Shown piece by piece: positions 39,715-48,877 of a stretch of 64,000 nt of DNA. This DNA comes from Candidatus Saccharimonadota bacterium. Its GTDB lineage: Bacteria > Patescibacteriota > Saccharimonadia > Saccharimonadales > Saccharimonadaceae. The DNA is taken from positions 5,594-69,593 of the forward strand of contig JAEEKR010000036.1 in assembly GCA_016282495.1 (NCBI GenBank), written 5' to 3'. The notes beneath the pieces were generated by a model, which did no database searches, was not told the DNA's origin, and saw only the letters and a list, made by a program, of their open reading frames with translations. Made by a program: the position numbers and the translations under genes. The number at the start of each line of letters is the position of its first letter. The stretch's first letter is position 1.

Positions 39715-40079
39715 AACAATCAGATCTTATAACTGTGGTGATGATAGCAGTAATAGGCGCAATAGCTGCGTTTGCGTTGGTGAATCTGATGCTTGGGAAC
39801 CCCGATGATTTAGTTGTCGAGTACAAATCTGTATCTAGTGTTGACAATTCTTTAACAGAGCCAGATCCAGAAGTATTTAATTATGGTTCTATCAATCCAA
39901 CGGTAGAAATTGTGATAGGTAATTGTAAAGATCTCGATGGCGATGGCAGTATTAGTGAAGAAGAACAAACTAAGTGCGATAATGATGAGAAGCATAATCC
40001 GGAAGATCCTGATAATCCGGAGCCAACACCTGAGCCTGAACCGACACCGGAGCCGGAGCCAACACCTGTGGGAGAATAA
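39711..40079 (+). CDS. Small membrane-anchored pilus-operon protein with EF-hand-like loop and PEPTP repeats
   Basis: TM helix, C-K-DLDGDGSISEEE-QTK-C, and a tail of three PEPTP repeats. Confidence 0.75.
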   Translation: MKQSDLITVVMIAVIGAIAAFALVNLMLGNPDDLVVEYKSVSSVDNSLTEPDPEVFNYGSINPTVEIVIGNCKDLDGDGSISEEEQTKCDNDEKHNPEDPDNPEPTPEPEPTPEPEPTPVGE

Positions 40080-40085
40080 TGTGAG

Positions 40086-41852
40086 ATGGCGCTCCTAGCG
40101 AAAGAGGCACAAGAAAGAGTAGTGAACCTCATTGTAGATGAGGGCTTAGCTGATTATGAAGCCGTGCAAATGGTTGAGGCTGAAGCGGCGCAAATGAATC
40201 AACCGACTTTAGCGTCGTTGGTAGCAAAGAAGATTGTAAATGATGAGATAGTGGCTCATGCGACCGCTATTGTGATGGGCGTTCCGTATGTAAACTTGCG
40301 TGGCGTAAAAATGGATCAGGAAGATCTTTTGGGGTTACCACAAGAAGTTGCAGAACGAAACATGATGGTGTCGCTCGGAGAGAGAGACGGAAAACTTGTA
40401 GTGGCGATGCTTGATGTGACGAACATCCAGGCAACGGATTATCTTTCTACTTTGACGCATAAGACTATTCGAGCAGTGATGAGTTCCGAAGAGGGAATTA
40501 GATCGGTTCTAGATCAATATAAGGCAGACTTTTCTGGTGTCAAACAGGCGGTTAAACAGACTAAAACTGAGGAAGAGATTGAGAGGCAAAATGCTGATGT
40601 TAAGACGATTACGCAAGATTCGCCGATTTCTAAAGCTCTTACTCAGATTTTGGATTATGCAGCCAAATCAAAAGCTTCGGATATTCATATTGAACCGCTT
40701 GAGGGATCGCTCGTTATTAGATGTCGTGTAGATGGTGTTCTCAGACAGATTATGGAGCTTCCAAAAGCGATTGAGCCAGCTTTGGTTTCTAGAATCAAGA
40801 TTTTGTCGAATTTAAAGATTGATGAACACCGTATCCCACAAGACGGTCAGTTTACGGTGATGGTGGGAGATCAAGAGATTGACCTTCGTATTGCAATTTC
40901 GCCAGTGGTTTGGGGCGAGCAAGTAGTGATTCGTCTTCTTGATAAGACTGGTACAACGATGGAAGTTGAAAAGATGGGTATGACAGGACGTGCACTTAAG
41001 GATGTAATTAATGGGATTAGCAAGCCGAATGGGATGATTTTAACTTCTGGTCCTACAGGTTCTGGTAAGTCCACGACGCTTTATGCACTAATTAAGAAGA
41101 TCAAGAGCGAAGAAATTAATATTGTTACACTTGAGGATCCAGTAGAGTATAAAATGGATGGAGTTAACCAGATCCAGGTTAATGTGGATGCGGGTTTGAC
41201 GTTCGCTTCTGGACTTCGTTCGATTTTGCGTCAAGACCCTGACGTAGTAATGGTAGGTGAGATTCGTGACTCTGAAACGGCAAATTTGGCGGTGCAAGCG
41301 GCGCTTACGGGCCACTTGGTGTTTTCGACGCTCCACACGAACTCTGCAGCTGGTATTTTGCCACGTCTTCTCGAGATGGGTATTGAGCCGTTTTTGATTG
41401 CCTCTACGCTTAATACGGTGATTGGCCAGAGGTTGGTAAGGCGTGTAGCCGAGAAACGGGAAACGTATCAATCTTCTGATTTTGAAACACAAGAAATCAT
41501 GTCTGTACTTGGGGATATTTTGCCAAAGGATCCAAAGGACGTGGCTACTATTAGTGATAATTTAGGATATCCTGGGTTACCACTTGCTGGTCAGAGGTCT
41601 TATACTTTGGTAAAGGGTATTGATACGAAGGATACTCCAGGTGGATATGCTGGACGTGCTGGTCTTTATGAAACAATTGAAGTAGATGAGGATATTCAGA
41701 AGTTGATTGTGGCGCATGCAACGGCCGGAGAAATTATGAAGGTAGCAAAACTTAAGGGAACAGTTACAATGCGTCAAGATGGAATGCTGAAGGCGCTGTC
41801 GGGTATTACAACTATAGATGAAGTTAATAGGGTGGCTAGTGATTTGGCTTAA
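40086..41852 (+). CDS. pilB: Type IV pilus extension ATPase PilB (GspE/PulE family)
   Basis: ASDIHIEP, RIPQDG, GPTGSGKSTT, LRQDPD, TGHLVFSTLHTN. Confidence 0.93.
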   Translation: MALLAKEAQERVVNLIVDEGLADYEAVQMVEAEAAQMNQPTLASLVAKKIVNDEIVAHATAIVMGVPYVNLRGVKMDQEDLLGLPQEVAERNMMVSLGERDGKLVVAMLDVTNIQATDYLSTLTHKTIRAVMSSEEGIRSVLDQYKADFSGVKQAVKQTKTEEEIERQNADVKTITQDSPISKALTQILDYAAKSKASDIHIEPLEGSLVIRCRVDGVLRQIMELPKAIEPALVSRIKILSNLKIDEHRIPQDGQFTVMVGDQEIDLRIAISPVVWGEQVVIRLLDKTGTTMEVEKMGMTGRALKDVINGISKPNGMILTSGPTGSGKSTTLYALIKKIKSEEINIVTLEDPVEYKMDGVNQIQVNVDAGLTFASGLRSILRQDPDVVMVGEIRDSETANLAVQAALTGHLVFSTLHTNSAAGILPRLLEMGIEPFLIASTLNTVIGQRLVRRVAEKRETYQSSDFETQEIMSVLGDILPKDPKDVATISDNLGYPGLPLAGQRSYTLVKGIDTKDTPGGYAGRAGLYETIEVDEDIQKLIVAHATAGEIMKVAKLKGTVTMRQDGMLKALSGITTIDEVNRVASDLA

Positions 41853-41883
41853 AAAATAATAATAGTTATGGTAAAATAGAAAT

Positions 41884-42960
41884 ATGGAAAACAGTGGGCA
41901 GACTCTAAGAATTGAAACTTTGTTGGAAGAATGCGTAAAACGCAATGCTTCAGATCTTCATCTTCAGGTGGGGCTTTCTCCAATTTTGAGGGTTGATGGT
42001 GCGCTTACGCCAGTTCCTGGTACACCAAAGCTAAACAATGCGATGATTGAATCGTTAGTTTTTGCAACGCTGGATGAAAATCAGCAAAAGATTTTGATAA
42101 AAGATAAAGAGTTTGATTATTCTTTTGAATTTGGCGATTTAGCACGTTTTCGCGTGAATGCTTTTCATGAGAGAGGGAATCTTGCGGCGGCGTTTCGTTT
42201 GATTCCAAATAAAATTCAGAATATCGCTGAGCTTGGGATGCCACCAGTTGTAGAATCTTTTGCAGATTATCCGCGTGGGTTAGTGCTTGTGACTGGCCCT
42301 ACAGGTTCTGGTAAGTCTACGACGCTTGCAGCGCTTGTCGATAAAATTAATAGGGAAAAAGCAACTCATATCATTACAATTGAAGACCCGATTGAGTTTA
42401 CGCACAAGTCACAGAGATCGGTAGTGGTGCAGCGTGAAGTACATTATGATACCTATTCATTCTCGATGGCGCTTAGATCTGCGCTTCGTGAAGATCCAGA
42501 TGTGGTGCTTATTGGTGAGATGCGCGATCTCGAAACGATTTCGGCGGCGATTACGATTGCTGAGACTGGCCACTTGGTATTTGCTACACTCCATACAAAC
42601 TCGGCAGCTCAGTCGATTGATCGTATGATTGACGTTTTTCCGGCCCACCAACAGCCGCAGGTACGCTCGCAGCTTGCAAATATTTTGATGGCAATTTGTT
42701 CGCAGAGGTTAATACCGGCGATTAACGGTGGTCGTGTAGTGGCGGCAGAGATTATGGTAGCAAATCCAGCAGTTAGATCTTTAATTCGCGATGGTAAATC
42801 ACATCAGCTTGATACGGTAATTCAGACTGGGGCAAGCCAAGGAATGCAGACAATGGATCGCACACTTGTGAAAATGGTACAGGCCGGTACGATTTCTTAT
42901 GAAGATGCTAAAGATTACGCGGTTGATTTGGCGGAATTTGAAAGGTTGATGAAGGGTTAA
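41884..42960 (+). CDS. pilT: Type IV pilus retraction ATPase PilT
   Basis: ASDLHL, RFRVN, GPTGSGKSTTLAA, ALREDPD, AVRSLIRDGK, GMQTMD. Confidence 0.96.
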   Translation: MENSGQTLRIETLLEECVKRNASDLHLQVGLSPILRVDGALTPVPGTPKLNNAMIESLVFATLDENQQKILIKDKEFDYSFEFGDLARFRVNAFHERGNLAAAFRLIPNKIQNIAELGMPPVVESFADYPRGLVLVTGPTGSGKSTTLAALVDKINREKATHIITIEDPIEFTHKSQRSVVVQREVHYDTYSFSMALRSALREDPDVVLIGEMRDLETISAAITIAETGHLVFATLHTNSAAQSIDRMIDVFPAHQQPQVRSQLANILMAICSQRLIPAINGGRVVAAEIMVANPAVRSLIRDGKSHQLDTVIQTGASQGMQTMDRTLVKMVQAGTISYEDAKDYAVDLAEFERLMKG

Positions 42961-42962
42961 TT

Positions 42963-44168
42963 ATGAAAAGATTTAACTATAGAGCAAAAGATTCAAAGAC
43001 TGGCAAAATTGTTAAGGGTAGTGTTCAGGCTGAAAGTGAACGTGCAGCAGGGAAATTGCTTTTAGATCAGGGCTATATGCCGGAGAAAATTGTCGATGAG
43101 AATGCAGACGGATTATTATCTAAGGCAAAAAGTAAAGTTCCGTCAAAGGACAGGATTATTTTCACGCGTCAATTTGCAACGCTTATAGGTGCAGGGTTGC
43201 CACTTTCTAACAGTTTGCAGACGATTCTAGAGCAAACTGCGTCGAAACCTATGAAGGCTGTAATTGAAGATCTTTTGGCAAGCGTAGAAGCTGGTAAATC
43301 GCTTAGCGATGCTTGTAAAAAACATCCAGATGTTTTTAATAACGTGTATCAATCTTTGGTTGCCGCAGGTGAGATGAGCGGTACTCTAGATGTTGCTTTG
43401 GAGCGTTTAGCAAATCAGCAGGAAAAGGATGCGGCAATGCTTTCTAAAATTAGAGGAGCAATGGTTTATCCGGCAATTATTTTCTTGGTGATTATTGCAG
43501 TGTTAGTGTTTATGATGGTAGCTGTGGTGCCTCAAGTAAAGAGTCTTTATGCGGATATGGGGCAGGAATTGCCTGGGCTTACGGCTTTTCTAGTTCAACT
43601 AGTAGATTTCTTTGGCCAATTTTGGTGGCTGGTACTTATTATAATTGGCGCGATTGTTTGGGGCTTCTTGAGTTTTCGCAAGACAACTACTGGTATTAAA
43701 ACGTTTGCAACGGTTAAATTGAATGTGCCAATTTTTAAGAAGATGTTCCAGAGGCTTTATATGTCACGTCTTGCAAGGACGATGGAAATGCTTTTGTCTA
43801 CAGGGGTGTCGATGCTTGATTCAATGAGTATTTCGGCTAAAGCTACGAGTAATGTGGTAGTAGAAGAGCAGGTGATGATAGCGGCGGAAAAGGTAAAGGC
43901 TGGTAAACCACTAAGTGAAGCTTTAAAGGGAAGAGATTATATTTTGCCGCTTGTGCCACAGATGGCGTCGATTGGTGAAGAGTCTGGTAAAATTGATGAG
44001 ATGCTAGGGAAAGCCGCTACGGTGTACGAAAATGAGCTAGATGAGCTGATCGCAAATATTTCTACAATGATTGAACCGATTTTGATGGTGGTGATGGCGG
44101 GATTGATCGGTATAGTAATCGGTGGTACACTGCTACCAATTTACTCCTTGGTGAGCTCAGTGAAATAG
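42963..44168 (+). CDS. pilC: Type IV pilus platform protein PilC (GspF family)
   Basis: FTRQFATLIGAGLP, AGEMSGTL, GAMVYP, GEESGK, IEP. Confidence 0.95.
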   Translation: MKRFNYRAKDSKTGKIVKGSVQAESERAAGKLLLDQGYMPEKIVDENADGLLSKAKSKVPSKDRIIFTRQFATLIGAGLPLSNSLQTILEQTASKPMKAVIEDLLASVEAGKSLSDACKKHPDVFNNVYQSLVAAGEMSGTLDVALERLANQQEKDAAMLSKIRGAMVYPAIIFLVIIAVLVFMMVAVVPQVKSLYADMGQELPGLTAFLVQLVDFFGQFWWLVLIIIGAIVWGFLSFRKTTTGIKTFATVKLNVPIFKKMFQRLYMSRLARTMEMLLSTGVSMLDSMSISAKATSNVVVEEQVMIAAEKVKAGKPLSEALKGRDYILPLVPQMASIGEESGKIDEMLGKAATVYENELDELIANISTMIEPILMVVMAGLIGIVIGGTLLPIYSLVSSVK

Positions 44169-44287
44169 TGTTTTCGTTGTTGAATAGCTTTTTGTTGTCT
44201 ATGATGTTGTGTCGTGAATGGAAATTAGTCAGTTTAGTGATATTTTTGTATTATATGAACGTATGATGTTGATAATTTAGTCTACAA

Positions 44288-44312
44288 AAATCCTCCCATA
44301 TAGGGAGGATTT
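44288..44312 (-). terminator. Pilin gene terminator
   Basis: AAATCCTCCC-ATATA-GGGAGGATTT with a U-tract on the minus strand. Confidence 0.8.
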
Positions 44313-44327
44313 ATTGGTCGGGATTTG

Positions 44328-44837
44328 CTAGCTATTGTCGCCACAATAGATACCGGCGCCCTCTAGCTTATAAAGAACTGCGTAATTACGATTTCCTTTT
44401 TTGTATGATACTACACCCTCAGATCCATCTTTACACTTTGCATTTATCATAATATATACTTTATGTCCGCTACCTTCAAATGTGGTACCACTACTTATCT
44501 GAGTTTTTTCGGCGCTAATCGATATTGGAGTTTGAACTTCGTAATTATTGCCATCTGGATCCACAAATGTGTCGCCACCCGTCGTTAGGTAATTGTTCAC
44601 TAATGTATTTTTTGAAGTTGCATCTGTAGGGATTTTGCCGTTGTTATTTGATTGATAAGCTGTTATTGCGCTCATGAGCCTAGACATGTCATCGCGTCTT
44701 TGAGTGTCTCTCTGGCTCCTTTGTAGAGCTGGAAGAGCAATGAACACCATTAAGAAGATAAGCCCAGCAATAGCAAGCACAAGCACAACCTCAATGATGG
44801 TGAAACCCTTCATCGTATTAGTTTGACGTTTTTGCAT
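44328..44837 (-). CDS. pilA: Type IV pilin (probable major pilin)
   Basis: Class III signal KG|FTIIE, hydrophobic alpha1, C-terminal Cys pair, SD AAAGGA, own promoter and terminator. Confidence 0.9.
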   Translation of the reverse strand: MQKRQTNTMKGFTIIEVVLVLAIAGLIFLMVFIALPALQRSQRDTQRRDDMSRLMSAITAYQSNNNGKIPTDATSKNTLVNNYLTTGGDTFVDPDGNNYEVQTPISISAEKTQISSGTTFEGSGHKVYIMINAKCKDGSEGVVSYKKGNRNYAVLYKLEGAGIYCGDNS

Positions 44838-44883
44838 TATTGTTCCTTTCTTTGCTCGCTAATCTCTTAGCGGCGCTTTAAAA

Positions 44884-44926
44884 TTATGCTTAATATAAGC
44901 ATAAACTAAAAAATTTTTTTTTGCAA
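44884..44926 (-). promoter_or_regulatory. Putative pilin promoter TTGCAA-17bp-TATGCT with A9T6 tract and overlapping palindrome
   Basis: Spacer is exactly 17 bp. Perfect IR TTATGCTTA-ATA-TAAGCATAA covers the -10. Confidence 0.5.
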
Positions 44927-44952
44927 GAGTTTTGCTAGGGAAAATGCGGTTT

Positions 44953-46953
44953 TTATTTTACGATCCAGATGTTAGGATCAAGATCTAAACTATTTGTTGG
45001 AGAGTCGATTTTATTGGCGTGTGTAAAGCAGTCGGTGTCTTTGTCCTCATAATAGAGACGATATATGATGTACGGTGGGTGGCTGAGACGACTTGTGGTG
45101 CTATCTTCGTCTTTTTTCAAACATGCTGGTTCGGTTGGCGGATATTGTTCGTTGAATGACCAGCATCCGTAAAAGGTCAAAGCGTGCATTATAGAAAGCA
45201 TATTTTTGGTTATAATTACTATTACTTTTGCGTCTTGGTGAGTTAATTCCAGTAGACTATCTGCTTGCTCATTTGTAAAACTGTGTTCTGAGGTTAGAAC
45301 ACTTTTTGCCTCATCTTTAGGCATGACGAGGATTTGTTTTAATAATCTTGAGCCATTTGCGTAATCGCCGACGATGGATTTGGCGAGCTCTGGTGCTTGG
45401 AGGTTAGAGTTTGCGAGCATCTTGAAAATTCTAGAAGATAATAGTTCGTCTTCTGTTAAGAAAGCGTTTGCGAGCCAATAATAAACGTGGCTATCATATG
45501 TCCCGCCATCGGCAAGGACTTTTAGGTTGGTGCCATATTCATAATAATAGCCGTAATCCCACCACGAGGCGATAGTATAATCGTTGTCGATGTTTTCGTT
45601 TATCCACGAATTAGTCGTTGTCAATGAGTCGTCAACTGACGGGACAGTGCCTTCTGGAACGGCGTAGCTCCTGAAACTTGGGAGGCAAACTAAAACCCAA
45701 ACGAGCAAGAGGATAATTTTACCGCGCCAGGATGTATGAATTTTCTCGTATAGGATACCTAGTCCGATTCCGGCAAGCAAAGCAGCTGGAATAGCCGCAT
45801 TTTTAATGAATCTCATGCCGAAACTAGAACTTACGGTCCCAACCAAAAGCCAGATTATAAGAATGGTGCTTGTGAGAAATAGCGGATCGGTTTTTTGATT
45901 GTGATTTTTTAAGAATGTGAAATTTTTTTGGGCAAATAAGATAATAATTACGCCTAGAGTAATTACTAGGGGAAATGCACCTAACGAATTGACGATGCCA
46001 CATGGTACGGTATCAAAAATATGGAAGACATCACCTGAGTATAATGGACAAGAGTTGAGCTCGGAAACATAAGCGCCTGGGCTTGGAAAACCTGTACCGC
46101 CGCTAATTGTGAGTGCTGCTATATTAATTATTGATCTAAGATGATCGTGCATTATGAGCGAAGTTAGTATCAGTAAAAGAGGGAATATTAATGCGATTTT
46201 GAATTCACTATGCGAAAAGGATGGTTTAAGTTTAAACTTGTTTTTGATGAGTATGGTTAAGATGGTTATTAAGCTGATAAAAATTGCAATTATGGCGTAA
46301 ATAAAACTGCTTTCCCAAGTAAAGGCTAAAAGGAGAAAGCTCAAAGTGGCAATGAATAAACAAGCAAGGCTTTTTTTGCGGTTTTTTGTTTCAATGGCTA
46401 TGATGTACGAACATAACATAGTTGTTGGTAAAAGGGTTAATAAGATATCGGTGTCGAAACGTGTTGCCATGGTAAAGCCTACAAGGATTGGGCTAGTGCC
46501 AAGTAATATTGCGGCGGTGAAACCACCGAAGCGATTGGTTTTTCTTTTGACAAAAATGTATGCTGGTATACAGGAAAGGGCAAAGATAAATGGGCCAATA
46601 TAACAGATTAGAGTTTCCAAGGAGATATGCGTGAGAGGATTGAGTAGTTTATATGTAGTGACAGTCGTAAATGGCAAAAGGTTGTAGTTTCCAAAATTTG
46701 AGAAAAGTGATGGCTCCTGGTTCAAGTCAAAGGCTTGTTTGGCGTAGAAATAAGAATCTGGATCGTATAAGTATGGGTTGCCTTCTTCTGTATGAAGTCC
46801 ATCAATGAATTCTTGGCTAAGCTCTTTCGGAGCGGCAATGGAACGGTATTTTTCGAGATTATCGAATGCGGACGGGAGGCGGACTAAAACAGCTACAGTC
46901 ATAGCAATAATAATTAAGATTATATCTAATATGTAGCGCTTTTTAACCTCCAT
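44953..46953 (-). CDS. STT3/PglB/AglB-family oligosaccharyltransferase
   Basis: Polytopic N-terminal half with DPDSY, RFDTD (DXD), VSE (TIXE/SVSE-like) and GMRF; soluble C-terminal domain with WWDYG and DGGT. Confidence 0.9.
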   Translation of the reverse strand: MEVKKRYILDIILIIIAMTVAVLVRLPSAFDNLEKYRSIAAPKELSQEFIDGLHTEEGNPYLYDPDSYFYAKQAFDLNQEPSLFSNFGNYNLLPFTTVTTYKLLNPLTHISLETLICYIGPFIFALSCIPAYIFVKRKTNRFGGFTAAILLGTSPILVGFTMATRFDTDILLTLLPTTMLCSYIIAIETKNRKKSLACLFIATLSFLLLAFTWESSFIYAIIAIFISLITILTILIKNKFKLKPSFSHSEFKIALIFPLLLILTSLIMHDHLRSIINIAALTISGGTGFPSPGAYVSELNSCPLYSGDVFHIFDTVPCGIVNSLGAFPLVITLGVIIILFAQKNFTFLKNHNQKTDPLFLTSTILIIWLLVGTVSSSFGMRFIKNAAIPAALLAGIGLGILYEKIHTSWRGKIILLLVWVLVCLPSFRSYAVPEGTVPSVDDSLTTTNSWINENIDNDYTIASWWDYGYYYEYGTNLKVLADGGTYDSHVYYWLANAFLTEDELLSSRIFKMLANSNLQAPELAKSIVGDYANGSRLLKQILVMPKDEAKSVLTSEHSFTNEQADSLLELTHQDAKVIVIITKNMLSIMHALTFYGCWSFNEQYPPTEPACLKKDEDSTTSRLSHPPYIIYRLYYEDKDTDCFTHANKIDSPTNSLDLDPNIWIVK

Positions 46954-47005
46954 ATATGTGTAGATTATAGCACACGGATGATGATGGTTATGGTATTATA
47001 TATTT

Positions 47006-47881
47006 ATGGATGTAGATACTAGTATGAACATCATGATTTTGATTTTTCTTTTCATAATGGGTTCAGTTGTGGGATCGTTTGCTTGTTGCCAAGCTTGGCG
47101 TTGGCGCTATAAGATTGAGAAAAACAAGGATTTAGGAAAAAGATCTATTTGTTTGCACTGTAAATATCAGCTGAAATGGTATGACAATATTCCGGTGGTC
47201 TCGTGGCTATTTCTTCGGGGAAAATGCCGCAAGTGTCACAAACCAATTGGTGCGGCAGAGATTTTGAGTGAAGTTGGTATGGGTGCAGCGTTCACGCTGG
47301 CAGGTTGGGCCTATCTAATTCCTATTATTAACAACTGGGATATTTTGCTTTCGATTGATGCGGCGGCAATTTATCTGAAGCTCGGAGAGATGGTGGGGGT
47401 ATTGGCGATTTTGGTGGTGATGGGGATCTTGGCGGTTTATGACGCAAAGTGGGGGGAACTGCCGGTGTCGCTTTTGATTGTTTCTAATATTCTTGGTGCG
47501 GCGATTTTGGCTTGTAAAGAGGTAAGACTTTATATAACTGGCGAAGATTGGATTGGGGGGCTTTATAGTGCTGGTTTTGGCGTAGTAATTCTAGCTGGAG
47601 TATGCTGTATGATTTACAAAGTTTCACATGAGCGGCTGATGGGCGGGGGAGACTGGATTTTAGCACTTGCGATTGCATTGGCAATAGGTGACTGGTGGTT
47701 ATCACTTTGGGCAATGTTCCTTGCAAATCTTCTTGGCGATTTGATAATGCTCCCAACGGTTATTAGCACTAAAAACAGCGTACTACACTTTGGGCCGTTC
47801 CTAGTGATGGCTTATATTATGGTATTTGTGCTAGGCAATGCCTTGCCGGTTTTGATTACAATTGACTTTCTGGGCTTTTAA
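47006..47881 (+). CDS. pilD: Prepilin peptidase
   Basis: GSF, RS.C..C...L.WYDNIPVVSWLFLRGKCRKC, GGGD, FGPFL. Confidence 0.93.
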   Translation: MDVDTSMNIMILIFLFIMGSVVGSFACCQAWRWRYKIEKNKDLGKRSICLHCKYQLKWYDNIPVVSWLFLRGKCRKCHKPIGAAEILSEVGMGAAFTLAGWAYLIPIINNWDILLSIDAAAIYLKLGEMVGVLAILVVMGILAVYDAKWGELPVSLLIVSNILGAAILACKEVRLYITGEDWIGGLYSAGFGVVILAGVCCMIYKVSHERLMGGGDWILALAIALAIGDWWLSLWAMFLANLLGDLIMLPTVISTKNSVLHFGPFLVMAYIMVFVLGNALPVLITIDFLGF

Positions 47882-48813
47882 TTGGTTTCGGAATGGAATT
47901 TTTCGTGCACCTCTCGGAGGTGTTGGTCGGTGACGTGGGTATAGATTTGAGTGGTGGCAATATTAGAGTGACCAAGGAGGGCTTGGACGGAGCGGAGATC
48001 GGCGCCGTTAATTAAGAGATCGGTGGCAAAGGAATGACGCATGGTGTGTGGGGTAACATGCTTGGTGATGCCGGCAAGTTTGGCATATTTCTCGACTAAG
48101 CGTTCGACGGAGCGAGCGGTGATACGGCGATAATCGCCAGAGGTATCTAAGGTATTTAGATTACGACTGTTATTGAGAAAGAGGGCAGGTAATGCATCAT
48201 GACGAGCGGCAAGATAGTCTTTAATGCGGTCAGCGGCAGCTTTGCTGATAAAAATCGGACGGTCTTTATTGCCTTTACCACGTACGACAAATTCGCGGCG
48301 CTCGAGATTAATGGAGTCGCGATTTAGTTTAACAAGTTCGGAAACACGGAGTCCACCAGAGAAGAGCAGCTCGATAATGGCACGGTCTCTGAGGCCACTT
48401 TCGGTATCCTCGGGGATGACTTCGAGAATGCGCTCAATCTCGTCATAATGTAAAAAGGTAACTTGTTTTCTCGTAACTTTAGGAAGATCGATCAGAGAAT
48501 GATCAAGAGATCTGATGTTCCTACGAGGAAGATATTTAAGAAAGCCACGGATGGCGATAAGGTGGTAAGCTTGGGTAATAGGGGCGAGCCTTTGATTATT
48601 TTTGGCGCTAACCTCGCGGTTTAAGGCAATGCGGAATTTGCGCATTAGTTCCATGGTGATGTCTTTTGGTTCTAAGCTTTTTCCTAAAATATCTTCGCAA
48701 AGAAGGTTGAAATGTTCGAGATAATAGCGGTAGTTTTCGATGGTTTTAGGCAGACAACCGCGCTCAATCTCTAAATATTCAAGATAATCTTCGATGAGAT
48801 CAGAAACATACAT
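47878..48813 (-). CDS. XerC/XerD-family tyrosine recombinase
   Basis: GLRVSEL, GKGNK.R, HTMRHSFAT, LLGH....TTQIYTHV. Confidence 0.93.
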   Translation of the reverse strand: MYVSDLIEDYLEYLEIERGCLPKTIENYRYYLEHFNLLCEDILGKSLEPKDITMELMRKFRIALNREVSAKNNQRLAPITQAYHLIAIRGFLKYLPRRNIRSLDHSLIDLPKVTRKQVTFLHYDEIERILEVIPEDTESGLRDRAIIELLFSGGLRVSELVKLNRDSINLERREFVVRGKGNKDRPIFISKAAADRIKDYLAARHDALPALFLNNSRNLNTLDTSGDYRRITARSVERLVEKYAKLAGITKHVTPHTMRHSFATDLLINGADLRSVQALLGHSNIATTQIYTHVTDQHLREVHEKFHSETN

Positions 48814-48877
48814 AAGTTTATTATAGCATGATACAAATCTGTAATTTGTGATATAATGCCTAAAAAGGAGAATCTAA

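Noticed and set aside
41052-42317. Identical CCTACAGGTTCTGGTAAGTC in pilB and pilT
   Set aside because: Both encode the Walker A motif PTGSGKS, so coding constraint explains it.
44169-47005. Inverted repeats flanking pilA-stt3
   Set aside because: The best match found is only 9/11 (TAGTCTACAAA vs TAATCTACACA) in AT-rich DNA.
47878-48813. Tyrosine recombinase as an island or prophage integrase or pilin invertase
   Set aside because: Size and motifs fit housekeeping XerC/D, and no phage genes or att sites bracket it.
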